Positions 46,786 through 57,410 are shown, counted from the first letter of the stretch. The stretch is DNA of 64,000 bases from Armatimonadota bacterium (GCA_963677485.1 OY781964.1:4544001-4608000); one strand, 5' to 3'. Numbers and translations are program-made. The notes: generated from the sequence alone by a model not told the origin.

Positions 46786-47971
46786 CTTTCGCCGGTTGAC
46801 GATTTATGAGGTACTGTCCATACATCATTGCTGTGGCAATGATTAGCAGATAGTCATACGGTGCTCGAAACCGCAAACGGGGGAAAAACAGACTATGGAA
46901 GACCGCTGCTAGAAGATAGACCGCTATCAGCATTTTTGTTTCAGAGGTGAGGTCTCTTTTCATAAACAATAGGGCGACGCACGTTAATAGAAGCACATAG
47001 TAAGATATGGCGACTGCGACCGAAGCTAGCTTCTGTGATTTGACCTTAGTGTATAAGTCGTCACGGAAAGAAAAGAACTGAAGGAATTTGCCTGCAGTTA
47101 GGGTAGCGTAACGCTTATAGTCTGATCTGACATAGTTCAAGGCCCGGCGTCCAAACGCTCGGTCAACTTCAACCTCATTTAGCCTTCTATTGGACCCGAG
47201 TGCAGCATACTGACGCTTCATATCAACATTCGTGCCTGTCCTTGGCGTGGCGTCAGGAACCACACCGATCAAGAAGTTAACCCCACCGTTTGTCGATATG
47301 GCTGGTGCATGAAACACAACCGTGTTACGAATGATCCATGGACTGATAGCCAGCAAGCAGATCAGGCATGATAGATATACTTTAGGCCTTTCAGAGCGTG
47401 ACTTGTACCATATCCATAGCATGAAACATGCAGGGACCAACGCCATACCCGGAACAGTTAATATGAGCAGCGCAGAGAAAAGCCCAAACCAAATGCTGTT
47501 TCTGAAAGAGATTTTTCGCATCGCGATATATAAGAGAGCGAGAAGGTAGGTCGCACTGATGGCTTGCGGATACAAAAACAGGCTCGTGGTGACTATCAGC
47601 GGGTAGATAGCAGCATATATGCCTGCAGCTTGGGCGATCTTGGTGGTATACTTCAGAATAACGATTTTCATGACAAGAACCACATTGATGATACATAACA
47701 GTGCATTGCACCATCGGCATAACATGATGCTGAGCCCCGCACTGCGCAACAATGATAAAAACAGTGGGTATCCGATGGGGCGGTAGGCTGTGAGGTTCAC
47801 ACCATCGCTTGAATAGATACCTTTGTGAATCAGATTGTCAGCCAGAGCGATATAGATCTTCTCATCAAAAAACATTGGCTGATGCAACAGTAATAACCCT
47901 AATATCACTATCGATATCATGCACAAGACAACAGGCAATAACAATTGTTTTTTACTGATCATATTCGGCAC
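46778..47971 (-). CDS. ArnT/PMT-like (GT-C fold) integral membrane glycosyltransferase
   Basis: FDE after TM1, TAYRPIGYPLFL, PWIIRN, STNGGVNF and RFRAP motifs; multiple TM helices. Confidence 0.75.
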   Translation of the reverse strand: MPNMISKKQLLLPVVLCMISIVILGLLLLHQPMFFDEKIYIALADNLIHKGIYSSDGVNLTAYRPIGYPLFLSLLRSAGLSIMLCRWCNALLCIINVVLVMKIVILKYTTKIAQAAGIYAAIYPLIVTTSLFLYPQAISATYLLALLYIAMRKISFRNSIWFGLFSALLILTVPGMALVPACFMLWIWYKSRSERPKVYLSCLICLLAISPWIIRNTVVFHAPAISTNGGVNFLIGVVPDATPRTGTNVDMKRQYAALGSNRRLNEVEVDRAFGRRALNYVRSDYKRYATLTAGKFLQFFSFRDDLYTKVKSQKLASVAVAISYYVLLLTCVALLFMKRDLTSETKMLIAVYLLAAVFHSLFFPRLRFRAPYDYLLIIATAMMYGQYLINRQPAKDG

Positions 47972-48075
47972 TATACACCCGGTTTTGTTGGGATTTGATC
48001 ATTTGTATCATAATGCATATTGTGACACAATGCAAATGGATTATGTGTGGTCGTAAGTGGAGGATGATTCGATTT

Positions 48076-49143
48076 ATGAGGAGTTTAGCTCTTCCAAAAT
48101 TGGTGTGGGCGGGTATGATATACGTTGCGATTATTGTATCTCTGTTGTTTGTGGCCAGAGGTATGAATGGATATGAACGAGCAAACTTCGGGGATCTGGT
48201 GTATGGACGCTCATGGAAGCCGTATTGTTATCGCACTCTAGTGCCTCTAGTCGTAAGGTCTATCACCTCAGCCATCCCTGCATCGGTGAGACAAAGCATA
48301 GAGCGCAGGGCGAATGACCGGCTGAACCAGCTACATCGAAGCCAGAGGGTCCGGCTTTGGTTCGAAGGCCTCCAGTGGGACCGGCACTACATAGTCGAGC
48401 ACTTTGTGAGTGTGTTTGTGGTTTTCTGCTGCGTTTTAGCATATATGATTCTTATACTGAAAATATGTGACTATTGGATTGATATGGACCAAACAGTCAG
48501 ATGCATTACGCCCGTTCTAGCGGGATTACTGCTGCCCTTGCATTTCAACTACTATAGTTACCTGTATGACCCCGGAACCTGGGTGGTCTTTCCTTTGGCT
48601 GTGTTATTTATCAGCCGTAAACAATGGTGGCCTCTGTTGTTGTTGTTCCCAATTGCTGTGCTTCAAAAAGAAACAGCCATATTGCTTGTTTTGTTGTGGA
48701 TGATCCGGGTACGCAGTATTCAGCAACCACTTAAGGTGAGCGGAGCGCAGGTTGCGGTGATGCTCTGCGTGTACATAGCTGTAAAAGCTGTGATCACCCA
48801 TATCTTTATCCATAATAGGGGATCATTTGTTGAGGTTCACCTGTTTGATCACAGTTTACCAATGGTCGTTCATCAACCTGTTGTGTTTTTGAGCGTTGTG
48901 GCTGGTATCGCGGTAATAGTAGCCCTAATTCGTTCGTTACGTTTCGAAGCACCTGGTTTCTTGCTATTAGGGTTTGGTCTCTGCTTCGCTGCCCAATTTG
49001 GATTGGCCATCTTTTTAGGGTTTGTTGATGAACTTCGAGGTTACTACGAGTTGCTGCCACTCATAATGCCCTTAGTGGTGGTGGTCATTGTGAGAAGCAT
49101 GGGGCTAAAAGCGAATTTCAAGGTTAGTAAAATGGCTGGCTAG
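48076..49143 (+). CDS. Polytopic membrane protein, probable GT-C glycosyltransferase
   Basis: PYCYRTLVP, YLYD, QKET and ELR motifs with multiple TM segments. Start uncertain (47995-48076). Confidence 0.55.
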   Translation: MRSLALPKLVWAGMIYVAIIVSLLFVARGMNGYERANFGDLVYGRSWKPYCYRTLVPLVVRSITSAIPASVRQSIERRANDRLNQLHRSQRVRLWFEGLQWDRHYIVEHFVSVFVVFCCVLAYMILILKICDYWIDMDQTVRCITPVLAGLLLPLHFNYYSYLYDPGTWVVFPLAVLFISRKQWWPLLLLFPIAVLQKETAILLVLLWMIRVRSIQQPLKVSGAQVAVMLCVYIAVKAVITHIFIHNRGSFVEVHLFDHSLPMVVHQPVVFLSVVAGIAVIVALIRSLRFEAPGFLLLGFGLCFAAQFGLAIFLGFVDELRGYYELLPLIMPLVVVVIVRSMGLKANFKVSKMAG

Positions 49144-49210
49144 CCATTATAATAGTGGATGTGAATAGAATAATGACCGATCACCTGACCTCAACCACAC
49201 GGAGGCTAAG

Positions 49211-50077
49211 ATGACCGCTACGATAGTTAGTTGGATCCGCAAAAATAGGTATTACACGCTGTCGGCTGTCGTGGTGCTGTTGCTGGTCTGGTTCTCATAC
49301 GACAACACATTTAGATATTGGTGGCGTATATGGGGCGATAAAGACGGATACTACAGTCATGGGTATCTCGTACCGTTTTTAGCAGGATACATCATCTATC
49401 TATGCAAAGACAAGCTCACAACAACCAACATGAAACCCAGTTTATGGGGGCTGCCATGGGTCATCGTTGCGGTTGGCTTAGTGGCTATATCTAAGCTTTC
49501 GCATTCATCGGCCATCGCCTCTCTCTCTATGCTGTTTTTAGCCACAGGATCAGTGTTGATGCTGTTTGGACGAAAATGGATGCGGATACTCTGGTTCCCA
49601 ATCCTATACTGCGGATTGATGGTACCGCTGCCCAACACCTTGTTTGATGAAGTCTCCTATCCTATCCAACAACTGTCGACAGAGGTTGCTGCCCGTATTT
49701 TAAGTGTAATATACGACGTGACACGTCAGGGGATACTCATATCTCTACCCGGATATGAGCTACTGGTGGGGGCACCCTGCAGCGGTTTCAAAATCGGCAT
49801 CTCAATGCTCACTTTCGCTACATTCTTTGCTATATATACAGGTTTGCCTAAATGGAAGCAGCTGATGCTGGTAGTCATTAGTCAGCCATTGGCGTTGCTT
49901 ATTAACGGCATCCGTATAGCTGCTATCGGCGTGGCCGGCGTAAAGTGGGGAAGCGATGTAGCTGATCAAGTGCATAACTATGGTGGATATGTGGTGATCA
50001 TTCTGGCATTAGCTGTGTTATTTGTGATTGGGAGGTGGTTTGGATGGCAGAACGAAGTATCACCGAAAAAGGGTTAA
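49211..50077 (+). CDS. Exosortase (EpsH/Xrt family)
   Basis: YYSHGYLVP and a Cys-Arg-His triad in APCSG / NGIRI / QVHN; multiple TM helices. GGAGG SD. Confidence 0.9.
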   Translation: MTATIVSWIRKNRYYTLSAVVVLLLVWFSYDNTFRYWWRIWGDKDGYYSHGYLVPFLAGYIIYLCKDKLTTTNMKPSLWGLPWVIVAVGLVAISKLSHSSAIASLSMLFLATGSVLMLFGRKWMRILWFPILYCGLMVPLPNTLFDEVSYPIQQLSTEVAARILSVIYDVTRQGILISLPGYELLVGAPCSGFKIGISMLTFATFFAIYTGLPKWKQLMLVVISQPLALLINGIRIAAIGVAGVKWGSDVADQVHNYGGYVVIILALAVLFVIGRWFGWQNEVSPKKG

Positions 50078-50712
50078 GACGTAATCTTGTCGTATTATTG
50101 GTTTGCTTGATATCTGCGATGTTATTCAACAAGCTGCTGCCTTCATGGCAGTCTGTCAAGGTCGATAGTATTAAGCCTGAGCTATTCCCGGTCATTGTGG
50201 GCGATTGGGTGGGGCACGACACTGATATTCCAGATGATGTGATGAAGTGGTTGAACCCGGATGCGGTTCTCTCACGACGCTATATCAACTCCGCAGGCGA
50301 CACTGTGGATTTCATGGTCATCGCTGGCAGCAGTATGGAATCATTCCATGATCCGCACCTTTGCTTCCCCTCACAAGGGTTTACCATTTTCAGTGAAGAT
50401 CCCATCAAGTATAACGTGATGGCTGATCATCCCGTCAGTGCTTTCGAACTGCAATTTACTAACCGCAGTGAAGGTGTACATGGACGCAGTATCTACTGGT
50501 ACCGTACCCCGTATGGCACGACTCGTTCCATAGGTCTGCTGCGTGTTAGCCTGGGTGCCAGCCGGTTGTTCGGCACCGCTCAAAAGCAAGGATTCTTCAT
50601 CCGGATGATCTCTATGGCGCCCATTGATCAACCTCTGCCGCAAAAGTCTATAGATGAGTTGACTGAGGCCTTTTTCTCGGTCGTTCAGAAAAAGATGCCG
50701 GAGATATTCTAG
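50044..50712 (+). CDS. epsI: Exosortase-associated EpsI-family protein
   Basis: FPVIVGDWVG, LSRRY, HDPHLCFPSQG and YWY motifs. ATG 50044 follows GGGAGG. Confidence 0.85.
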   Translation: MAERSITEKGLRRNLVVLLVCLISAMLFNKLLPSWQSVKVDSIKPELFPVIVGDWVGHDTDIPDDVMKWLNPDAVLSRRYINSAGDTVDFMVIAGSSMESFHDPHLCFPSQGFTIFSEDPIKYNVMADHPVSAFELQFTNRSEGVHGRSIYWYRTPYGTTRSIGLLRVSLGASRLFGTAQKQGFFIRMISMAPIDQPLPQKSIDELTEAFFSVVQKKMPEIF

Positions 50713-50717
50713 AGGCG

Positions 50718-51800
50718 ATGCAGATCGCCTTTGTGTTACCGAAACTAGCTGTCGGTGGAGCGGAACGGGTCACCCTTTCGCTCATGAACATGCTGGCCGC
50801 TCGAGGGCATGATGTCTCGGTCATCACATTCTGGTCGTCTGGGTCATTGGCCACACTGCTGGATCCAAGGGTCAAGACCGTTGCGCTAGAAGTGAAGCGC
50901 AGCTATCAAGCCTCCAGCATGCTGGCTCAGGCATGGAAGGCGATAGCCCCTGATATAGTGCTGTCTGCTCTGAATACCGCCAACGCGGTCTGCTGTCACG
51001 CAAAGACTACCCACCGGCTCGAAACACCGCTGATCTGCGCCATTCATGCCAGGCTGTATGGAGAGGTGACAGGGCTCCCAGTGATCAGGCAGCGGATATG
51101 GGCTCAGATTACTCGTCGATACATTAAAGCTGCTGATATTATCACAACCCCATCGGAGGGAGTGACCGAGGAAGCCCGCCGATATTTCAAGGGTGCTGAT
51201 GTGCGGACGATGCATAACGCCGTGATCTCACGAGAGAAATCAAAAGAGCCGCCTCACCGCCGCGATCGCAAACAGATTCTGTGGCTTGGGCGCCTTACTC
51301 CGCCTAAAAACCCCCAATTAGTCATCAACGCATTCGCTCAATATGCCCGCCAACTAGACTGGAGGCTACAGATAGCGGGAGATGGTCCGTTGAAGGGCTC
51401 ACTGGTCAACCTCGTGGCAAAGCTGGGGGTTAGCGACAGAGTGTCAATGCTGGGCGAAGTGGCTGATCCTGGTGATTTGCTGTCAAAGGCTGGTTGTTTG
51501 GTGTTTGCTTCCCGCTCTGAAGCATTGCCAACCGTGATCATAGAGGCGATACAGTGCGGTATTCCGGTCGTGGCGACGGATACGCCTTGTGGGGTCAAAG
51601 AGCTGTTAATAGGGGCCAACTATGGATATCTGGTGCCTTTGAACGACCCAGGCACAATGGCGGATGCCATCAAGCGGGCCTTGCCAACCAACCCAGCCGT
51701 TCCAAATGCATTTCTGTCCCGATATGAGCCAGAGACGGTGTGCCGCCGGTATGAAGAACTATTTGACGAGGTTGTGAAAAAAAAGGCTTCAGGAGTTTGA
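50718..51800 (+). CDS. Glycosyltransferase family 4
   Basis: GGAERV, GRLTPPKN, IAGDG and EALPTVIIEA motifs. Confidence 0.9.
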   Translation: MQIAFVLPKLAVGGAERVTLSLMNMLAARGHDVSVITFWSSGSLATLLDPRVKTVALEVKRSYQASSMLAQAWKAIAPDIVLSALNTANAVCCHAKTTHRLETPLICAIHARLYGEVTGLPVIRQRIWAQITRRYIKAADIITTPSEGVTEEARRYFKGADVRTMHNAVISREKSKEPPHRRDRKQILWLGRLTPPKNPQLVINAFAQYARQLDWRLQIAGDGPLKGSLVNLVAKLGVSDRVSMLGEVADPGDLLSKAGCLVFASRSEALPTVIIEAIQCGIPVVATDTPCGVKELLIGANYGYLVPLNDPGTMADAIKRALPTNPAVPNAFLSRYEPETVCRRYEELFDEVVKKKASGV

Positions 51801-51832
51801 ACTTCTGAAGCCGAAGAGTAAGACAGACTGGT

Positions 51833-52723
51833 TTACCAGCCTCGTTTTGCCAGCCGTTCATTTTCTGGGATGTCTGAGCAGTTAATACCCACCATAGGCT
51901 CACCAAGGTCTTCCGATATTTCAACCAAAATCTTGGGGTCATTGTAGTGTGTGACTGCCTGAACGATGGCCTTAGCCCGTTTCAGTGGATCGCCCGACTT
52001 GAAGATGCCTGATCCGACAAATACAGCTTGTGCACCAAGCTTCATCATCAGAGCAGCATCTGCAGGTGTAGCTACGCCACCGGCTGAGAAGTTAGGTACG
52101 GGCAGTTTACCGGTTTTGTGTACCTCGAGAACCAGCTCGTACGGAGCCTGCAAATCTTTAGCGGCGGTCATGAGCTCTTCAATCCGCATCCCCTGGATAC
52201 GCCTGATATCGCCCATCACAGTGCGCATATGGCGGACTGCCTCAATCACATCACCGGTGCCTGCTTCACCCTTAGTTCGAATCATGGCAGCACCTTCACC
52301 ACAACGGCGGAGTGCTTCACCAAGGTTGCGGCAACCGCAGACAAAGGGCACTTTGAAATCATGTTTGTAAATGTGATACTGCTCATCTGCGGGGGTGAGA
52401 ACTTCGGATTCATCCACGAAGTCAACGCCGAGTTGCTGCAGAATTTCAGCCTCTACGAAATGCCCAATACGACACTTCGCCATCACAGGAATTGAAGCGA
52501 CCTTCATGATCGACTTGATGATTTTGGGATCCGTCATGCGAGCTACGCCGCCTTGGACACGGATGTCGGCGGGAACTCTTTCCAGCGCCATCACTGCGGA
52601 TGCGCCAGCTTCTTCGGCGATGGCCGCCTGCTCAGCATTCGTGACGTCCATAATGACCCCACCTTTGAGCATTTCTGCCAGTCCGATTTTCGTACGCCAG
52701 GTTGAAGTTTGTGTATCGCTCAT
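51833..52723 (-). CDS. pdxS: Pyridoxal 5'-phosphate synthase lyase subunit
   Basis: [38 protein letters not shown] and [10 protein letters not shown] motifs. Confidence 0.97.
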   Translation of the reverse strand: MSDTQTSTWRTKIGLAEMLKGGVIMDVTNAEQAAIAEEAGASAVMALERVPADIRVQGGVARMTDPKIIKSIMKVASIPVMAKCRIGHFVEAEILQQLGVDFVDESEVLTPADEQYHIYKHDFKVPFVCGCRNLGEALRRCGEGAAMIRTKGEAGTGDVIEAVRHMRTVMGDIRRIQGMRIEELMTAAKDLQAPYELVLEVHKTGKLPVPNFSAGGVATPADAALMMKLGAQAVFVGSGIFKSGDPLKRAKAIVQAVTHYNDPKILVEISEDLGEPMVGINCSDIPENERLAKRGW

Positions 52724-52770
52724 GCTTATCATTGCCTCTGTATTCTTGTCAATCGGTGTCGTTCAATTCC

Positions 52771-52799
52771 ATTATACTTTGCTTATCAATTTGAGGCAA
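52771..52799 (-). promoter_or_regulatory. Sigma70-type promoter of pdxS
   Basis: On the minus strand: TTGCCT (52799-52794), 17-nt spacer, TATAAT (52776-52771). Confidence 0.6.
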
Positions 52800-52826
52800 A
52801 ATCATGGGTTGATGCCAGCAGCGAGT

Positions 52827-52849
52827 GGGGTGTCCTTACGAGACACCCC
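52827..52849 (-). terminator. Hairpin downstream of the metalloprotease gene
   Basis: GGGGTGTC-N7-GACACCCC stem about 20 nt past the stop. No U-tract. Confidence 0.4.
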
Positions 52850-52868
52850 TTCACCCCTCATTGATCGA

Positions 52869-55800
52869 TTACAACTCCATTTTGACGCTGTTAAGAGATT
52901 TACTTATCTTGTCGATCGTTTCTAGTATGTGCATTTTCGTGAAGGCGTTCAGAGGAGCTTGGTTGATCGCCTTGAGTGCGCTGAGTATCTCCTTGAGCTT
53001 GGCTCTGCAGATGATCCGGCTGTCGACCGTCAAGCCGGTGGTTTCCTTGCTGGCTAGTGCAATAAGTCTGCCAAACCAGGCTTGTTGGAGCATGGCCCGC
53101 AGTTCAGTTACATTTCGTCCAGCGCGAAGCTCAGTGCATATATTGTTGTCAAGTGTGGTGATCAGTTCCATCACGTTGAATACATTCGCCTTAGGTGCTT
53201 GCTTGAAAGCATTATTGGATATCTTGCTGAGCACATCCGGTTGGGTCATCGCATTCAACACGGTGATCTGTGTGCTGCTAAGCTGGTCACGAACAGGCTG
53301 ATCCCACCTGTATGCGGGCGTCGTCGCCACTTCAATGTCCACGAACGGGTTAGGTGCCAGTTTTTGGTAGATGCTAGACGGGATGAAGTCGTAGGCGTCA
53401 GCAGCCAGGCAGCCTTTGGTTATTAGCGACACAACCCTGCGCTGATCGAGGTCAGAGACTTGAGTGAGGCTGGGCTTAGAGTCCATATCCCCCTTATAGT
53501 CCCGATAGGTATGACTACCGCCCAGGAAACCGGCCAGGCTGTAAAACTGGCTGTTGTAGATGCGCAGGAAGCTAATAAACTTGCGTGTCAGTTGGTAGTA
53601 ACTCTGACCCGGCAATATCGCACTGGTCTGTAGTTTCGGGATGGTCTTCTTGCAGATCGACATCATGGTGGAATAGAAATCGATGGGGTTCTTGGCCAGG
53701 TCGAATCTGACTATATGCGGGTCCAGGTTGTCGGCCATTTCATCGCCCTGCCACTGCAAACCCGGCTTTGATGCTTCGGCCGCTATCGCCTTGAGATAGG
53801 GCAATTCGTCTGTTGGATTTTTTGCATCGTTGAATGAATAGCCATACTTGATGGCAAACATATCATATTCCCCGATGTTGTCGCTCCAATACATAGAGTT
53901 CTTGCTTATTAACGCACCGATGTTGAACGGTGTGTAGTCCATGACACTGCTTGTGATGCCGTGTATTTTCAGCCACTCAATGTCTTTGAGCTGCGTCATG
54001 GTGGGGTTAGTGGATGCAATGAAATTGTGTCGTAAACCAAGAGAGTGTCCAAACTCATGCGCCACAATGCTGCGGATATATTGCTGTACATAAGCGTCAC
54101 GGCTGATAGGTGTGGCACCATCAGCCATCATCAACTCTGAGAACTCGCTGCCCATCCAGGCGTTGAACGCACTATCATGCTGATAGCAGCAGCCATATGG
54201 ATTTCCGGTCTGTTTTGGCATGGGACTCAGTTTGGGGTCGGTGGGGACGGCACTCCCAGCGATCATGACATCAAATTCGGTGCCTGTAAATCTAACCATA
54301 TTGGCATCAATGCATATGCCTGCATTCAGTACCTCGCCGGTAATCGGATTACGCCTGAACAGCGATATGGCGTATGCCGCTTCGGGCGATGCCACCCAGC
54401 GCACGATATTGTAGCGCATATCTGCATAATCCCAGTCTGCATTATCAGGCATCTGGTTCACCACTATGGCGTCTTTGATACCGACCTGTTCAAATGCGCG
54501 GTTCCACCACTTCAAACCGGATGCTATGCTCTCACGGTATTCTGAGGGTATCGCATTATCAAGCCACCAGACAATTGGTTTAACGGGTTCACTGATGGCG
54601 GCACTGGGATCTTTCTTTTTAAGGTCCCATCGAGAGATATACCTGACCATGGCATCATCCGTGCGGCGGTTTAAGTCCTGGTATTGCGTGAAGAAATAGC
54701 CGACTCGTCCATCTGCAATTCTAGGAGTATAGTTGCTCTCTGCTAAAAAGAAGAGGTTCCAGCAAATATTGATCGGTATGCTTCGCGGATCATATAGCGG
54801 GTTGCTGTTATATCCACTCATTGAACTAGTTTCCGGACCATCTTTCGACAGCTTCTGCATGTTGATGAGTGATTCCGCCACTATATTGTCAGGAAACACT
54901 TTCAGGTTCTTGATGTAACTCTTCTCACGGTCGATGCTGTAAGCACCTTGATTCAAGCTGGCGGTGGAACTTGTGATATCCGCTAAATCCGACAGAAATA
55001 TGTCCGATATGTTGATCAATAAAGTTTTACGTTCGTCGCTCTTTGCTTCTATCTTGAACGACTGGATGTAGGATCCGGGGAAGGCTCGATCGGCTGCTTT
55101 TGCCAATGGCAACGAGGGATCGACGCGGAATTTCAGATTCGGCACCACCCATACCAGCTTGTCATCTCCCAGCTTTTGCATTTCGAACATGATGTCATCT
55201 ACTGGGTAGCCTGCGACAAGAGATCCTCCGCCAGCACCGCTGCTTAGGGTGCACTGCAGGAGCAGATTCTTTCCGAGCTTCGCCTCCGGCACTTCCAGGT
55301 ATATGGTGTCTTTGTTTCCGGTCTCTGTCTTGCGATAAAGAGTCATGGCCCCATCTAGCTTTTTGAAATCCTTAGTGATCTCTTCGATGGTTTTGTCTTT
55401 TTTCTTTTCGTCAGCAGCGGTCGCAAGTTTAGCGTCGGTGCGTTCCCATTTCAACTTGGCATCCGCGACCGCGTCTCCACCCATGGGGAAGTTCGTGATC
55501 ACCACATCAAGCTTGATGATATCGCCACTTGATGCTTCGATGACCATGTCACCCTGGTAGCTGATGGGTTTGTTGCCAGATTCCGTGTATTTATACTTCA
55601 GTTGTACCGCTGGGATATCTCCCTGCTTCGCGGTATCAACGACTTCATACTCCGATGTGGCGGCCACTGAACCAGGCAGCAGACCGGCCTTGAGTTCCTT
55701 TTTCCACTTCAACCCCTTCACAATAGGTTTATCTGTAAAAATCGGCTGAAGGGCTAGTGCCTTGCGGGCTTGGATGGCCTTAGCCTGGTCGTTCATATCG

Positions 55801-56234
55801 CCGTAGCCTTCCCAGCTGGCCGAGACGAAGGTTCCATCGCGTTTGATGACAGTCATCGCCTTCTGCACCGGTGCATCGTCCTTCTGGGGTACCTTTTCGC
55901 CATTGACAGTCATCTGCACATTTTCGGATGTCGTCGTCCTGCTGATATCTCCGCCTTCGGCGACCGCCGTGACCAGGCGCACGATATCGTAGTGGTTCTC
56001 AATCGTGGCTTTGCCCTCAGGTGTATCTTGCGTGATCGTCAGCTCTGTCTTATACACCGTGCGCCAATTCGGTGCGTACTTATGGATCAACACAAGCGAG
56101 GTGGGCTGATCAGGCTTAGCATCTTTTGTGGCAGCCACCGGTTTAGCAGGTGCCGCCGGTTTAGGTGCCGGTTTGGCGGATACCAGGGAGCAGGCCATCA
56201 CGATGGCACAGGAGACGGCGAAAAGTGACTTCAT
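52869..56234 (-). CDS. Secreted zinc metalloprotease (DUF5117/DUF4953, metzincin-like) with an extra N-terminal domain
   Basis: HEFGHSLGLRHNF zinc motif, Met-turn SSVMDY, PRIADGRVGYF, WNRAFE and NPITGEVL. Signal peptide. Confidence 0.88.
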   Translation of the reverse strand: MKSLFAVSCAIVMACSLVSAKPAPKPAAPAKPVAATKDAKPDQPTSLVLIHKYAPNWRTVYKTELTITQDTPEGKATIENHYDIVRLVTAVAEGGDISRTTTSENVQMTVNGEKVPQKDDAPVQKAMTVIKRDGTFVSASWEGYGDMNDQAKAIQARKALALQPIFTDKPIVKGLKWKKELKAGLLPGSVAATSEYEVVDTAKQGDIPAVQLKYKYTESGNKPISYQGDMVIEASSGDIIKLDVVITNFPMGGDAVADAKLKWERTDAKLATAADEKKKDKTIEEITKDFKKLDGAMTLYRKTETGNKDTIYLEVPEAKLGKNLLLQCTLSSGAGGGSLVAGYPVDDIMFEMQKLGDDKLVWVVPNLKFRVDPSLPLAKAADRAFPGSYIQSFKIEAKSDERKTLLINISDIFLSDLADITSSTASLNQGAYSIDREKSYIKNLKVFPDNIVAESLINMQKLSKDGPETSSMSGYNSNPLYDPRSIPINICWNLFFLAESNYTPRIADGRVGYFFTQYQDLNRRTDDAMVRYISRWDLKKKDPSAAISEPVKPIVWWLDNAIPSEYRESIASGLKWWNRAFEQVGIKDAIVVNQMPDNADWDYADMRYNIVRWVASPEAAYAISLFRRNPITGEVLNAGICIDANMVRFTGTEFDVMIAGSAVPTDPKLSPMPKQTGNPYGCCYQHDSAFNAWMGSEFSELMMADGATPISRDAYVQQYIRSIVAHEFGHSLGLRHNFIASTNPTMTQLKDIEWLKIHGITSSVMDYTPFNIGALISKNSMYWSDNIGEYDMFAIKYGYSFNDAKNPTDELPYLKAIAAEASKPGLQWQGDEMADNLDPHIVRFDLAKNPIDFYSTMMSICKKTIPKLQTSAILPGQSYYQLTRKFISFLRIYNSQFYSLAGFLGGSHTYRDYKGDMDSKPSLTQVSDLDQRRVVSLITKGCLAADAYDFIPSSIYQKLAPNPFVDIEVATTPAYRWDQPVRDQLSSTQITVLNAMTQPDVLSKISNNAFKQAPKANVFNVMELITTLDNNICTELRAGRNVTELRAMLQQAWFGRLIALASKETTGLTVDSRIICRAKLKEILSALKAINQAPLNAFTKMHILETIDKISKSLNSVKMEL

Positions 56235-56337
56235 CTAGAAACCCCTCAATATGAGTTTGGGTGAATTGTTACATAGAAATGCTCTGTGCTTTATGTTACC
56301 GCGGAGAGGTGTTTGTAGACAACATGCCACGTCCAGG

Positions 56338-57366
56338 CTATACCTGATCGGTGTGCTGCCTTCGAAGTTGCCCACAGGCCGCGGCGATATCTGCACCACG
56401 CTCCTGCCGGATAGTGGTTGGGATGCCATGCGACTGCAGGTTTAACTGGAAGCTTAATGCCGATTTGGCTGACGGACTTCGAAACTGCGACATGCTGTCC
56501 ACAGTATTCCACGGGATGATATTCACATTGCCTATCCATCCGTGCAGCCGTCTGGCCAGTTGGTCTGCTTGCTGAGGGGAGTTGTTCACTCCATCGATTA
56601 GTAGGTATTCAATGGTCACCTTACGGCCGGTCTGTTCAGTGTAGTATCGTCCAGCATCCAGAACCTCAGATATGCTCCAACGTTTCGCTATCGGTATGAT
56701 TTCAGCCCGGGTCGCATCATCGGGAGCATGTAGAGAGATGGCCAAAGTAAATCGAGGCGACATATCTGCCAGCTCCCGCATCACAGGCACTATACCAACG
56801 GTGCTGACCGTGATGGAACGCTCACTGATGCCGACCTGCTGGTTCAGTATTTCAATGCTTGCTAATACTGCAGATAAGTTCCAAAGCGGTTCGCCCATGC
56901 CCATATAGACGACGTGAGAGATGCGTTCACCGGTGATCTGCTGTATCGACAGAACTTGATCAATGATCTCTCCCTGTGTCAGATTTCGGAGAAATCCCGA
57001 CTGGCCTGTTGCGCAGAAACGACAACCGGCGGCACATCCCACTTGTGTGCTGACGCAAACTGAGTGCCGGTCGTGATAGGGGAGGTAGACCGATTCGACA
57101 TTCGCCTTGTCCGCCAACCCAAATAGAAACTTGCGTGTTCCGTCGGTGGCTTGCTGGCTGTCGATCACCTGCAGCCTGTCGATGGAGGCGGTCTGTTTGA
57201 GTTTCTGTCGTAGTAATGCAGGAAGGTTAGTCATCGCATCAAAGTCACTAACCTGGCCGTTGTATATCCACTGGGCGAGTTGTTTGGCGCGGTACGCTGG
57301 CTCAGCAAGCTGTAAGCAAAACTCGCTAAGCTGGTTGAGTGAGTATCCGAAGAGGTTGTATTGCAT
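56338..57366 (-). CDS. rlmN: 23S rRNA m2A2503 / tRNA methyltransferase (radical SAM)
   Basis: CVSTQVGCAAGCRFCATG, MGMGEP, SLHA and DIAAACGQL motifs. Confidence 0.95.
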   Translation of the reverse strand: MQYNLFGYSLNQLSEFCLQLAEPAYRAKQLAQWIYNGQVSDFDAMTNLPALLRQKLKQTASIDRLQVIDSQQATDGTRKFLFGLADKANVESVYLPYHDRHSVCVSTQVGCAAGCRFCATGQSGFLRNLTQGEIIDQVLSIQQITGERISHVVYMGMGEPLWNLSAVLASIEILNQQVGISERSITVSTVGIVPVMRELADMSPRFTLAISLHAPDDATRAEIIPIAKRWSISEVLDAGRYYTEQTGRKVTIEYLLIDGVNNSPQQADQLARRLHGWIGNVNIIPWNTVDSMSQFRSPSAKSALSFQLNLQSHGIPTTIRQERGADIAAACGQLRRQHTDQV

Positions 57367-57410
57367 CAGAAAGGTGAGGTGCCTGCGTTCAAACACCTCA
57401 CCGTAAATAC

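Noticed and set aside
51833-52723. pdxS without pdxT as a novel PLP pathway
   Set aside because: pdxT may simply be elsewhere in the genome. Absence from a 64-kb window is not evidence.
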